NCBI GenBank assembly: GCA_045653745.1
Contig: JAZOMD010000021.1
Coordinates: 1 to 47,300 of the forward strand
Reading direction: 5' to 3'
Length of the DNA stretch: 47,300 bases
Source: Eubacteriales bacterium
Lineage (GTDB): Bacteria; Bacillota; Clostridia; Oscillospirales; CAG-272
Numbering within the stretch: position 1 is the stretch's first letter; each line of letters starts with the position of its first letter. Of the stretch, positions 28,693 through 36,877 are shown piece after piece. A model generated the notes under the pieces. It saw nothing but the letters and a program-made list of their open reading frames with translations, ran no database searches and was not told the DNA's origin. Position numbers and translations under genes: made by a program.

Positions 28693-28904
28693 CCTGCGTG
28701 GTGCGTGATATTGTGATATTTGAACCTACACACTATGCAAGGGAGTCCGGAACTTCCACTCGCGGGATGCAGGCCTCCCGCCGAGGGCGCTATTTCTCGA
28801 AAGAGGGCCCCCTCCAAGCGGACGTTGGAAGCGCAAAGCAGTGGAGAGGACACCCACCTGGAACAAACCGGGTTAAACTTTTACTTTACACGGCCAACGC
28901 GGGG
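28693..28904 (+). ncRNA. ssrS: Candidate 6S RNA (SsrS-like rod-shaped RNA)
   Basis: The 5' arm (28693-28727) pairs with the 3' arm (28870-28903), about 30 bp with bulges and G-U pairs. Opposed unpaired stretches at 28728-28740 and 28856-28869 form a central bubble. Inner helices are GGGAGTCC/GGACACCC and CCACT/AGTGG. The apical stem is capped by a GAAA tetraloop (28796-28805). The ORFs here have no RBS. Not verified by a covariance model. Confidence 0.55.
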
Positions 28905-28910
28905 CCTCAT

Positions 28911-28958
28911 AAAGCGCGGCAAGGAGACTTTACGCTCTTTGCCGCGCTTTTCTTATTT
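28911..28958 (+). terminator. Intrinsic terminator after the 6S-like RNA
   Basis: AAAGCGCGGCAA (28911-28922) pairs with TTGCCGCGCTTT (28939-28950), a 12-bp stem, followed by TCTTATTT. Confidence 0.75.
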
Positions 28959-29019
28959 AGCTTTGGTTAAATTCCTTTGGGAGCGTGCATATAATTGAAA
29001 AAAAGAAAGGCGAAAGTAT

Positions 29020-31605
29020 ATGACGGTAAAACTTAAGGGACTGTCCGAAGAAGATGTTCTGAAATCCCGTGAAAATCACGGCTCGAATCTTTTGACTAAG
29101 GAAAAGCATAAGGGATTTACTCGAAAATTCTTTGAAAATCTATCCGACCCCATAATAAGAATTCTGCTTATAGCTCTGGTGTTGCAGGTATTATTTTCAT
29201 TAGGTAATATAAATTTCGTAGAAACCGGCGGTATTCTCGCTGCCGTTTTAATTTCGGCAACGGTATCGACGATTTCGGAATTTCGTAGCGAGAAGGCGTT
29301 CGATGCGCTAAGCGCAGATATGGAGTGCTCGCGCGTTTGTGTCTTACGAGGCGAGCGAATGGTATCGGTTCAAATATCGGAGCTTGTCGTAGGCGATATA
29401 GTTTATTTGAATTCCGGAGAAAAAATCCACGCAGACGGAGTTATTATAGAAGGAAAAATATCGGTAGATCAGTCTGCCTTGAACGGAGAGAGTCGCGAAT
29501 GCACCAAATGCCCCGGCAAGGACGAATCCTGGGAGCTTAGTTCAAGCTGCAAGGTTTTCAGAGGCACTATGGTTACCTCGGGCTCGGCAATAATGAAAGT
29601 AGGCAGAGTGGGCGAGAAAACCTTCTACGGAATGGTTGCAAAGGACGTACAGACAGAGACGAGAATAAGCCCGTTAAAGCTAAGGCTCGGTAAGCTTGCA
29701 AAGGATATAAGCAGAATCGGATACATAGTAGCCGCTGCCGTAGGCGCCGCGTTTCTTTTTAACGCTTTCGTCGTTGACAATTCCTTCGTTTGGGAAAAAA
29801 TCTTAGACTCACTTACAGATCCTCGCTATCTTTTCGCGACTCTTTTACGCGCCTTGACCTTGATGATAACCGTCGTGGTGGTTGCCGCGCCGGAGGGCTT
29901 GCCGATGATGATAACCGTTGTTCTCTCGGCGAATATGAAGAAGATGCTGAAGGATAAGGTGCTTGTAAAAAAGCTCGTCGGAATAGAGACGGCAGGCTCT
30001 TTGAATATACTGTTTACCGACAAAACGGGAACTCTGACGGTAGGAAAGCCGGAATGCGAAAGAATAGTATGTCATAGTGGGAGCTATAAAACGCTCGCAT
30101 CTTTGAAGGAAAGCGGCGAAATATATAATTTGCTCTTGATTTGTGCAAAGCACAATACCGACGTTCTGTCTATGAACGGTGAAAAAGCAGGCGGAAACGC
30201 AACCGACAGAGCAATCTTCGATTTCTTTGGTGAAGCGAAGACTCCCGATTGTGAAATAAAGAAGAAGGTGCCGTTTTCGAGTGAAATAAAGTTTTCATCG
30301 GTTACGCTTGCAGACGGACGCGAGATTATAAAAGGCGCTCCGGAGGTTATTTTGGCGTCTTGTAAAACAATCGTGACCGAAAGCGGTGAAAGCGCACCCC
30401 TAGAGTCAGCTCGCTTTTTGAAGGAATATCACAAATCGGCAGAGAGAGCAGAGCGAGTGATATGTGTTGCGGTATCGAATGGGCAAGGCTCTTACTCGCT
30501 TGTGGGACTCGTGATGATGAAGGATAAAATCCGAAAGGGGGTAGACGAGGCGCTTAAGGAAATTAACCGCGCCGGCATACAGGTAGTAATGATTACGGGT
30601 GACGGAAAGGAAACTGCGTGTGCGGTCGGGCGCGAGTGCGGCGTTTACAACCCGATGCTCGGGCACGTAGCACTTACAAGCGACGAGCTTCATTCTATGA
30701 ACGACGATGAGGTTAAGAGCGTTATTCCTAAGCTGCGCGTGGTGTCAAGAGCCTTGCCGCAGGATAAAACAAGGCTTGTACGCCTTTCGCAAGAGCTTGA
30801 TCTCGTAGTCGGAATGACCGGTGACGGGGTGAACGACGCACCCTCGCTCAAGCTTGCCGACGTAGGATTTGCGATGGGGTCGGGAACCGACATTGCAAAA
30901 AGTGCCGCGGACGTCGTAATTCTCGATAACAGTCTTCTTGCCATCGGCAAAACGGTCTTGTACGGCAGAACGATATTCAAATCAATTACCAAATTTATAA
31001 TATTTCAGCTTACTATGAATTTTACGGCTTGCGGTATTTCGCTTGTGGGACAGTTTATAGGCGTTGATACTCCTATTACCATTATTCAAATGCTTTGGGT
31101 AAACATAATAATGGACACACTCGGCGGTCTTGCTTTTGCAGGCGAAGCCCCTATGAAATATTATATGAAGGAAAAGCCGAAGCGGCGAGACGAGCCGCTT
31201 TTATCGGGGGATATGCTAAGGCGCATAATTTGCACGGGCGCGTACACCCTTATCCTGTGTATAGTATTTCTCACCTCGTACGTCTTTAAGGATATGTACG
31301 AGTCGGTGCACTCAAAAGACAGACTGTATACCGCCTTTTACGCGCTGTTCATTTTTGCAGGCATATTCAACTGCTTTTGTGCGCGAAGCGAGCGCGTCAG
31401 ACTTCTTACGAACATAACTAAGAATAAATCGTTTTTACTGATAATGAGCGTTATTTCGCTTATACAGATATTCATGATTTATTACGGTGGAGTGGCGTTT
31501 CGGTGTACACCCCTGACGGCAAAGGAGCTTACGTTTGCGGTCCTCGTAGCGTTCACCGTTATTCCTTTTGACACCGCAAGGCGCGTAGTGAAAAAGATAA
31601 AATAA
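29020..31605 (+). CDS. P-type ATPase, Ca2+-transporting (P2) type
   Basis: TGES-like actuator region, DKTGTLT phosphorylation motif, MITGD and GDGVNDAPSLKLADVGFAMG hinge, and about 10 TM segments. Confidence 0.88.
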   Translation: MTVKLKGLSEEDVLKSRENHGSNLLTKEKHKGFTRKFFENLSDPIIRILLIALVLQVLFSLGNINFVETGGILAAVLISATVSTISEFRSEKAFDALSADMECSRVCVLRGERMVSVQISELVVGDIVYLNSGEKIHADGVIIEGKISVDQSALNGESRECTKCPGKDESWELSSSCKVFRGTMVTSGSAIMKVGRVGEKTFYGMVAKDVQTETRISPLKLRLGKLAKDISRIGYIVAAAVGAAFLFNAFVVDNSFVWEKILDSLTDPRYLFATLLRALTLMITVVVVAAPEGLPMMITVVLSANMKKMLKDKVLVKKLVGIETAGSLNILFTDKTGTLTVGKPECERIVCHSGSYKTLASLKESGEIYNLLLICAKHNTDVLSMNGEKAGGNATDRAIFDFFGEAKTPDCEIKKKVPFSSEIKFSSVTLADGREIIKGAPEVILASCKTIVTESGESAPLESARFLKEYHKSAERAERVICVAVSNGQGSYSLVGLVMMKDKIRKGVDEALKEINRAGIQVVMITGDGKETACAVGRECGVYNPMLGHVALTSDELHSMNDDEVKSVIPKLRVVSRALPQDKTRLVRLSQELDLVVGMTGDGVNDAPSLKLADVGFAMGSGTDIAKSAADVVILDNSLLAIGKTVLYGRTIFKSITKFIIFQLTMNFTACGISLVGQFIGVDTPITIIQMLWVNIIMDTLGGLAFAGEAPMKYYMKEKPKRRDEPLLSGDMLRRIICTGAYTLILCIVFLTSYVFKDMYESVHSKDRLYTAFYALFIFAGIFNCFCARSERVRLLTNITKNKSFLLIMSVISLIQIFMIYYGGVAFRCTPLTAKELTFAVLVAFTVIPFDTARRVVKKIK

Positions 31606-31612
31606 AAAAGAA

Positions 31613-31643
31613 AAAGCACTTGCATCTGCAAGTGCTTTATTTC
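31613..31643. terminator. Bidirectional terminator (ATPase / tRNA genes)
   Basis: AAAGCACTTGCA (31613-31624) pairs with TGCAAGTGCTTT (31627-31638). An A-run lies upstream and T-rich sequence downstream. Confidence 0.75.
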
Positions 31644-31721
31644 TGGGGTGAGATATGGGGTTCGAACCCACGACCTTCAGGGCCACAACCTGACGCTACT
31701 ACCAACTGAGCTAATCCCACC
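31644..31721 (-). tRNA. tRNA-His (anticodon GTG) with encoded G-1 and CCA
   Basis: The reverse complement is GGTGGGATTAGCTCAGTTGGTAG...TTGTGGC anticodon loop...GGTTCGAA...CCCA. The extra 5' G is typical of tRNA-His. Confidence 0.9.
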
Positions 31722-31733
31722 ATACGGTGTTGC

Positions 31734-31810
31734 TGGCGTGCCTTGAGGGACTCGAACCCCCGACCTACTGCTTAGAAGGCAGTTGCTCTATCCAGCTGAG
31801 CTAAAGGCAC
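31734..31810 (-). tRNA. tRNA-Arg (anticodon TCT)
   Basis: The reverse complement is GTGCCTTTAGCTCAGCTGGATAGAGC...CTTCTAA anticodon loop...GGTTCGAGTCC...GCCA. Confidence 0.9.
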
Positions 31811-31829
31811 ATACTCGACAACGACCATT

Positions 31830-31858
31830 ATTATAACAGAATATTTTCGTTTTGTCAA
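31830..31858 (-). promoter_or_regulatory. Sigma-A-type promoter for the tRNA-Arg/tRNA-His pair
   Basis: The minus strand reads TTGACA (31853-31858), a 17-nt spacer, then TATAAT (31830-31835). The tRNA-Arg 5' end is about 20 nt downstream. Confidence 0.7.
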
Positions 31859-31900
31859 TAGCTTTGAGAGAACTTTTTTCAGTTTTTTTCAAAAAGTTTT

Positions 31901-31931
31901 ATGCCCGTAGCGGCAAAAGCCGTAACGGGCA
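31901..31931 (-). terminator. Hairpin downstream of the clpC-like gene
   Basis: ATGCCCGT...ACGGGCAT with an inner CGGC-AAAA-GCCG. The following T-tract on the minus strand is interrupted (AAAACTTTTT). Confidence 0.5.
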
Positions 31932-31935
31932 TTTA

Positions 31936-34344
31936 CTAAGTCTTAAGTGATAGCCGCTCTTCCTTAGCTATTGCATTAAAAACGAGCTCTCCTTTTTTTA
32001 CCGAAATCCTTATTTCGCTTCCTTGACCGACCTTGCCGTCAAGAATTATTTTGGAAATTTCATTCTCGAGCTCGGTGCAAATAATTCTGTTCATAGCCCT
32101 TGCACCGCAGCCGTGACCGCCTTCTTTGGCGGCAAAATGCGAAAATACCTCGTCCTCGACCGACAGTAGTATGCCAAGAGCCTCGGCTCTTTCTTTGATT
32201 GCGTTTATGCGCTGCCTTGCAATATTTACTAAAGAATCAAAATCAAGCGGCGAGAAGGGAATTATCTCGTCTATTCTGTTGATGAATTCCTCTTTAAAGT
32301 ATTCGCGCAGCTGTCTTTCATTCGGACCGCCGTGCTCCTGCTTCAAAAAGCCAACCCCGTCCGTGCCATCTGCCGAAATATTTGACGTCATAATTACAAA
32401 AGCGTTTCGGAAACTGATTTTACGCCCTGCCGCATCGGTTATGAAGCCGTTATCGAATATCTGAAGAAAGAGAGATATAACGTCCTTGCTCGCCTTTTCA
32501 ATTTCGTCAAGCAGCACCACCGAATAAGGTCTTCTGCGCAGAGGAAGGAGCGCGCCGGCATCATCATCGAATCCTACGTATCCGGGAGCCGAGCCTATCA
32601 ATTTCGACACGGAATAGGGCTCGGAGTATTCCGACATATCAAGTCGCAAAAGCGCGTCCTCGTTGCCGAAAAGCGTGAGAGCGAGAGCCTTTGCAAGTGC
32701 GGTTTTACCGACGCCGCTTTGACCGACAAATAAAAATACGCCCTTTGGTCTTTTTGGGTCGTTTATACCTGCATAGCTGCGAGTTATGGCAGAGGAAAGA
32801 GCGGCGATGGCTCTCTTTTGTCCCATAACCAAGCGAGACAGGGCGAAAGCCGTTTCCTCGTATTTCGGAAGCGTATAGCTCGAGCCAAGGAGCACACCCG
32901 TGACTTCGCTGACTATCGCGCGCACGTCTGCCTCTCCGACGTCTATCGGCTTTTCAGAAATCGCCGATTCGCTGATTTCTCTTTCGATTTCTCTTGAATA
33001 CACTCTTTCGAGCTCGGAGAGTGAGAGCGCCGTCTCGAAGTCGTGCTCTGAAATGGCAAGGCTTTTTTCGTGTGATACACGTTTCGCCTTTTCGCGTATT
33101 GCCTTTAGCTTTATGCTGACGTTTTCACCCTTAACGCGCGTCATAGCGCACGCCTCGTCCAAAACGTCTATCGCTTTATCCGGAAGAAATCTGTCGTGAA
33201 TATATCTGTCGGAAAGTGAGGCGGCTGCTTTTATTGCCTCGTCGGTAATTTTTACACCGTGATGCCTTTCATATCTTTCGCGAAGGCCGTTCAGTATATC
33301 CACCGTTTTATCAACGCTCGGCTCCTCTACCGCGACGGGCTGAAATCTGCGCTCAAGCGCCCCGTCCTTTTCGATGTATTTTCTGTATTCCGAAACCGTT
33401 GTTGCTCCTATCAGCTGTATATCTCCTCTTGAAAGCTCAGGCTTCATTATATTTGAGGCATCTATCGCCCCCTCGGCGGCTCCTGCGCCCACTATGGTGT
33501 GTATTTCGTCAATAAAGAGTATAACCGATTTGTTTTTTGAAGCTTCGGATATCACACTCTTTATACGTTCCTCGAAGTCGCCTCTGTATTTTGCTCCTGC
33601 AACCATAGACGTAAGGTCTATGGAAATTATTATTTTGCCAAGCAAAAGAGGGGGAACGTCGCCGTCTGCTATCCTTTTTGCGAGCCCTTCCACTATTGCG
33701 GTTTTTCCAACTCCTGCTTCTCCTATGAGGCAGGGATTGTTTTTCGTCTTCCTCGTCAGAATTCTTATTACTCGCTCGGTTTCGCCGTCTCTGCCTATAA
33801 CGGGATCGAAGCCCTCTCTCTCGGCGATTTCCGTCATATTTCTTCCGTATTTTAAAAGGTTTGGTATCGAGGAATCGGGGCACGAATCGGTGTAAGAAAC
33901 TCCGCGCTCGGCACTTCTTAAGAAGCCGAGAACGTCTTCCTTCAGGCTTATTACGTCTGCATCAAGGCTCTGGAGTATCTTTGCCGAAACGCTTTCCCGT
34001 TCTTCGAGGAGTGCTAGCAGAATATGCTCGGTTCCTATTTTTTCGGTTGAATATTTTTTGGATATTTTATAAGATGATTCAAGGATTTTTCGGCATCTCG
34101 GGGTCGTGTCCTTTGAGGAAAGCCTAGTTTTTTCGCCTGCTCCCGTGTATTCCTTTATCGCAGAAAGAACGACGTCCTTGGTAATTTTGTTTTTTCGCAG
34201 AATCACCGATGCGCAAGACAGCTCGTCGTCGGTAAGCGCGAGCAACAAATGCTCCGTTCCGATGTAGGTGTGTCCGAGCTCCTCTGCGTGCACCACGGAG
34301 CGATTCAGAGCATCCTCTGCTTTTTTGGTAAATCTATTGCTCAT
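31936..34344 (-). CDS. clpC: ClpC-type AAA+ ATPase (Clp_N repeats + two AAA modules)
   Basis: N-terminal double Clp_N repeat (IGTEHLLLAL twice), GEAGVGKTA and GQSGVGKTA Walker A motifs, and a short middle domain. The 802-aa size fits ClpC rather than ClpB. Confidence 0.85.
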   Translation of the reverse strand: MSNRFTKKAEDALNRSVVHAEELGHTYIGTEHLLLALTDDELSCASVILRKNKITKDVVLSAIKEYTGAGEKTRLSSKDTTPRCRKILESSYKISKKYSTEKIGTEHILLALLEERESVSAKILQSLDADVISLKEDVLGFLRSAERGVSYTDSCPDSSIPNLLKYGRNMTEIAEREGFDPVIGRDGETERVIRILTRKTKNNPCLIGEAGVGKTAIVEGLAKRIADGDVPPLLLGKIIISIDLTSMVAGAKYRGDFEERIKSVISEASKNKSVILFIDEIHTIVGAGAAEGAIDASNIMKPELSRGDIQLIGATTVSEYRKYIEKDGALERRFQPVAVEEPSVDKTVDILNGLRERYERHHGVKITDEAIKAAASLSDRYIHDRFLPDKAIDVLDEACAMTRVKGENVSIKLKAIREKAKRVSHEKSLAISEHDFETALSLSELERVYSREIEREISESAISEKPIDVGEADVRAIVSEVTGVLLGSSYTLPKYEETAFALSRLVMGQKRAIAALSSAITRSYAGINDPKRPKGVFLFVGQSGVGKTALAKALALTLFGNEDALLRLDMSEYSEPYSVSKLIGSAPGYVGFDDDAGALLPLRRRPYSVVLLDEIEKASKDVISLFLQIFDNGFITDAAGRKISFRNAFVIMTSNISADGTDGVGFLKQEHGGPNERQLREYFKEEFINRIDEIIPFSPLDFDSLVNIARQRINAIKERAEALGILLSVEDEVFSHFAAKEGGHGCGARAMNRIICTELENEISKIILDGKVGQGSEIRISVKKGELVFNAIAKEERLSLKT

Positions 34345-34368
34345 TACTACCCCTTTCCAATATCCTTA

Positions 34369-34398
34369 ATTATAACCGTTTTTTCACGTAATACGCAA
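34369..34398 (-). promoter_or_regulatory. Possible sigma-A promoter for clpC
   Basis: The minus strand reads TTGCGT (34393-34398), an 18-nt spacer, then TATAAT (34369-34374). Confidence 0.4.
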
Positions 34399-34404
34399 AG
34401 AAAA

Positions 34405-34923
34405 TCAGGTTTTTACGATATTCCGAAGCCGTTCTATCGAATCAATATCCTCGTATATTCGCAGGTAGAGAGCTTCGTCGAGCTCGCTTGTTTTGTCCAT
34501 TCCGTAAATACCCTGAAGAATTCTGACCGCCGTCTCCGATGCTTCTCCGAAATAAGAGCTTCTTCGGATTCTGTGACCTTCGCCGTAATAGTCCATCAGA
34601 AAGGCGAGCGACTCATTTATTTCGCCTATCCCTCTCCCGGAATTCCCACGAAGAACAGGGAAGGAAATAGCGTCACCGGCTCTCTTTTTTGCGCGTGATT
34701 TATCAGCGTAACTCAGAAACTCTGCGTATAGGGCATTCATAGTCTCAAGATTAACCTCGCCACTCTCGGAAAGCCCCTTTGCCTTCTGCACCGCCAACAC
34801 GCCCTCGCGGGTTCTGTCGTCCCAATTTCCGTTCGGAGACGGCGGATTTTCGATATATCCGATACCCTCGAGATATCTTTGTACCTCACGTACGGCTTCT
34901 TTTTTGTTATTTATATCGTACAT
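34405..34923 (-). CDS. Peptidoglycan-binding (PG_binding_1-like) domain protein
   Basis: VREVQRYLEGIGY...WDDRTREGVLAVQKAKGLSESGEVNLETMNAL repeat plus a second degenerate repeat. It starts 9 nt after the upstream gene. AAGGTGAG RBS. Confidence 0.65.
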   Translation of the reverse strand: MYDINNKKEAVREVQRYLEGIGYIENPPSPNGNWDDRTREGVLAVQKAKGLSESGEVNLETMNALYAEFLSYADKSRAKKRAGDAISFPVLRGNSGRGIGEINESLAFLMDYYGEGHRIRRSSYFGEASETAVRILQGIYGMDKTSELDEALYLRIYEDIDSIERLRNIVKT

Positions 34924-34932
34924 ACACTCACC

Positions 34933-36336
34933 TTATCCCTCTCCGACCGTATATCCCGGATACTGCCCCTCATTTGCAAGCGAACCGGTGTAAAGGTCAT
35001 CGTAAATATTTGCTATCGCGTTCCACGCAACAGCGTTGACCCTGTCGGGCGTGCCGGGAATACCGAAGATTTCCTTAAATCTTGTAACCTGCGCGGCGGT
35101 AGCAGGACCGAATACACCGTCAGCGTTCACCTTGCCGATATCGGGATAGGTGTCAGCAATATAGTTAAGATATTCCTGAAGAACACGTACGTCGCTTCCT
35201 TCCACTCCCTCTGCCAGCACTCTGCCGGGAAAGGGGAGAATTCTTCCGAGCCTGAATTCGTAATCAATTTCGGAAACTATACCGTAATATACACTCTCCA
35301 TTCTGTCCCAGGTAAGTCGGTCAACCCTGCCCGTCTCGGGCAGACCGTATGTTTTCTGAAAGGACCTCACGGCGTTTGCCGTCGCCTCTCCGTAGCTTCC
35401 GTCGAGCGCCGCAGCCACGACCGAGGGAATGAACAGTGCAATATAGCTTAAATAATACTGTATAACCTGTACGCCCTCACCGCTGTCACCGATTCCAAGC
35501 TCCGAGGTGTATCTCGTCGAGAGTTCCTCAAGCTTCAGTCCTTCCGAGTTAACGGTATAAAGCTTTTTTACCGCATTATAAATGAATTCTATCTCGTTCC
35601 AGGTTGCCTTACCCACAAGACCGTCAACGGGAAGGGAAAATACCTCTTGGAATTTTCTCACCGCCGCAGTGGTATCAGGACCGAAGAATCCGTCTGTGGG
35701 GAGAATTTTCGGGATTCCCGGGTAATTTACGGAAATTCGGTTAAGCTTTCTTTGTATCAGCTCTATTTCCATTCCCGTATCTCCCTCTCGGAGCGTTACT
35801 ATCGGGGCATCGTCGGGAATGTTTTGTACGGGCACGTTTCTTTCAATAACGATATCGTCGCCGTAGTAGCGTCTTAATATCTCAACGTAATCAAGCCCCG
35901 ACTCTGCAAGCTCTACGGAGCCCCACTGATAAAGTCCTTCGCACTGAACCTCAACTCCGTCACAGAACTCCGCAAACAAAGGCTCTACGTTGCCGTCTCT
36001 GCGTATATAGCTATCAAAAAGCTCATCTACTATTTCCGATACGTTTTCGTATATATCACGCTGATAAACGTAGGTCTGGTCGTAGGCAGGCGAGCTTGTG
36101 ATATCAAAATTATAGCCACGGCTTCGGTAAAACTCCGTATATACTCGGTTGAGCGCAACCGAAATCTGCGCGAGCACGTTCGCGCGGATAGCCTCGGTCG
36201 GCCAGGTAGGGTATATTTCGCTCGAGGCTACGTTCTTGATGTAAGCCGGGAAGGTTTCTGTTACGTTCTGTACGTCCGAATCCGGCGCACCAAGATGTAT
36301 GACTATTTGCTCGGGTATTGTTGGTGTAATTGGCAT
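34933..36336 (-). CDS. SleC-like spore cortex-lytic enzyme: SpoIID/LytB-like catalytic domain + three PG_binding_1 repeats
   Basis: N-terminal IVIHLGAPDSDVQNVTETFPAYIKNVASSEIYPTWPTEAIRANVLAQISVALNRVYTEFYRSRGYNFDIT strongly recalls the mature N-terminus of clostridial SleC. Three repeats of the GxxVxxLQxxLN...DGxFGxxTxxAVxxFQ type follow. ATG at 36336 with GGAG RBS. Confidence 0.7.
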   Translation of the reverse strand: MPITPTIPEQIVIHLGAPDSDVQNVTETFPAYIKNVASSEIYPTWPTEAIRANVLAQISVALNRVYTEFYRSRGYNFDITSSPAYDQTYVYQRDIYENVSEIVDELFDSYIRRDGNVEPLFAEFCDGVEVQCEGLYQWGSVELAESGLDYVEILRRYYGDDIVIERNVPVQNIPDDAPIVTLREGDTGMEIELIQRKLNRISVNYPGIPKILPTDGFFGPDTTAAVRKFQEVFSLPVDGLVGKATWNEIEFIYNAVKKLYTVNSEGLKLEELSTRYTSELGIGDSGEGVQVIQYYLSYIALFIPSVVAAALDGSYGEATANAVRSFQKTYGLPETGRVDRLTWDRMESVYYGIVSEIDYEFRLGRILPFPGRVLAEGVEGSDVRVLQEYLNYIADTYPDIGKVNADGVFGPATAAQVTRFKEIFGIPGTPDRVNAVAWNAIANIYDDLYTGSLANEGQYPGYTVGEG

Positions 36337-36393
36337 CGTTTCTCCGTTCTGTCGCATAGGCGACGGTGTATTTTAGATTCTCTCGAAAAGCTT

Positions 36394-36798
36394 TTATAGC
36401 CCTTGATTTTCGGGAATCTCGCTGTCAAGACTCCCTCGCGGTATGTTTTCAATAGGCTCGCTCGTTTCGGGTATCATATTTATGAGCTGTACCGAATTGA
36501 CTCCCGGGAAAACCGTAAGGCCGCTTATTCTTTTCGGAAAGTACCCGGGCGCGGTTATCTCTACCTCGAAAAGCGAATATGGAGCTTCATTTGCTCCCGG
36601 TGAAAGAGAAAGTGCGACGTCGGGGGTAGGTAAAACTATATTCCCCGAAACGCCGTCGCGGTCTGTGACAAGCGTTGTTTTGAAGTCTTTTGCCACTCCG
36701 TCCGTACCGCGAACTCTTATCATAGCCCCCGGAACCGGCAAAGCTCCGCCTGCCGTATAGGTTCTGAAGCTTAAAATACCAAAGCTTCCATTTGGCAT
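36394..36798 (-). CDS. Hypothetical protein, carboxypeptidase-regulatory-like (prealbumin-fold) domain
   Basis: 134 aa. The pattern ALPVPGAMIRVRG...TLVTDRDGVSGNIVLP...YSLFEVEITAPGYFP resembles CarboxypepD_reg. First gene of the SleC-like operon. Confidence 0.5.
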   Translation of the reverse strand: MPNGSFGILSFRTYTAGGALPVPGAMIRVRGTDGVAKDFKTTLVTDRDGVSGNIVLPTPDVALSLSPGANEAPYSLFEVEITAPGYFPKRISGLTVFPGVNSVQLINMIPETSEPIENIPRGSLDSEIPENQGL

Positions 36799-36848
36799 CT
36801 CTGATACCTCCTAAGTATAAAAATATTTACTTTTGGTCAGTTTTTCTA

Positions 36849-36877
36849 TTGACTTTAAATGGGTTTTGTTATATAAT
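36849..36877 (+). promoter_or_regulatory. Sigma-A-type promoter for prs
   Basis: TTGACT (36849-36854), a 17-nt spacer, then TATAAT (36872-36877). Confidence 0.65.

Noticed and set aside
28741-28880. The possibility that the structured RNA is RNase P RNA (GGGAGTCCGG ... AACAAACCGGGTTA vaguely resembles the P4 strands), or a metal riboswitch (M-box or yybP-ykoY) controlling the P-type ATPase.
   Set aside because: About 210 nt is far too short for a Firmicute type-B RNase P RNA, and GAGGAAAGTCC and the other conserved modules are absent. I could not find the M-box (GGTGAGGCTCC...) or yybP-ykoY (GGGGAGTAG...CAGGAGAGACC) core motifs. A separate -10 element lies between the terminator and the ATPase start. 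This still needs a covariance-model check.
28698-28998. ORFs of 90, 92 and 63 aa on both strands in the DUF1292-ATPase gap.
   Set aside because: They have no RBS and overlap each other. Their products are Arg/Gly/Pro-rich, which is typical of translating GC-rich structured RNA. The region is better explained by the rod-shaped RNA plus its terminator.
34345-34404. A CtsR operator upstream of the clpC-like gene.
   Set aside because: No GGTCAAA or TTTGACC heptad, single or repeated, is present in the gap.
36337-36798. The 134-aa ORF and the SleC-like ORF are in the same reading frame, which suggested one gene split by a nonsense mutation, with the pro-peptide on a separate ORF.
   Set aside because: Two in-frame stops (TAA at 36394-36396 and at 36373-36375) lie within the short spacer. 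The downstream ORF has its own GGAG-ATG. The shared frame is a 1-in-3 coincidence. I treat them as separate genes and keep the functional-linkage idea only as a hypothesis.
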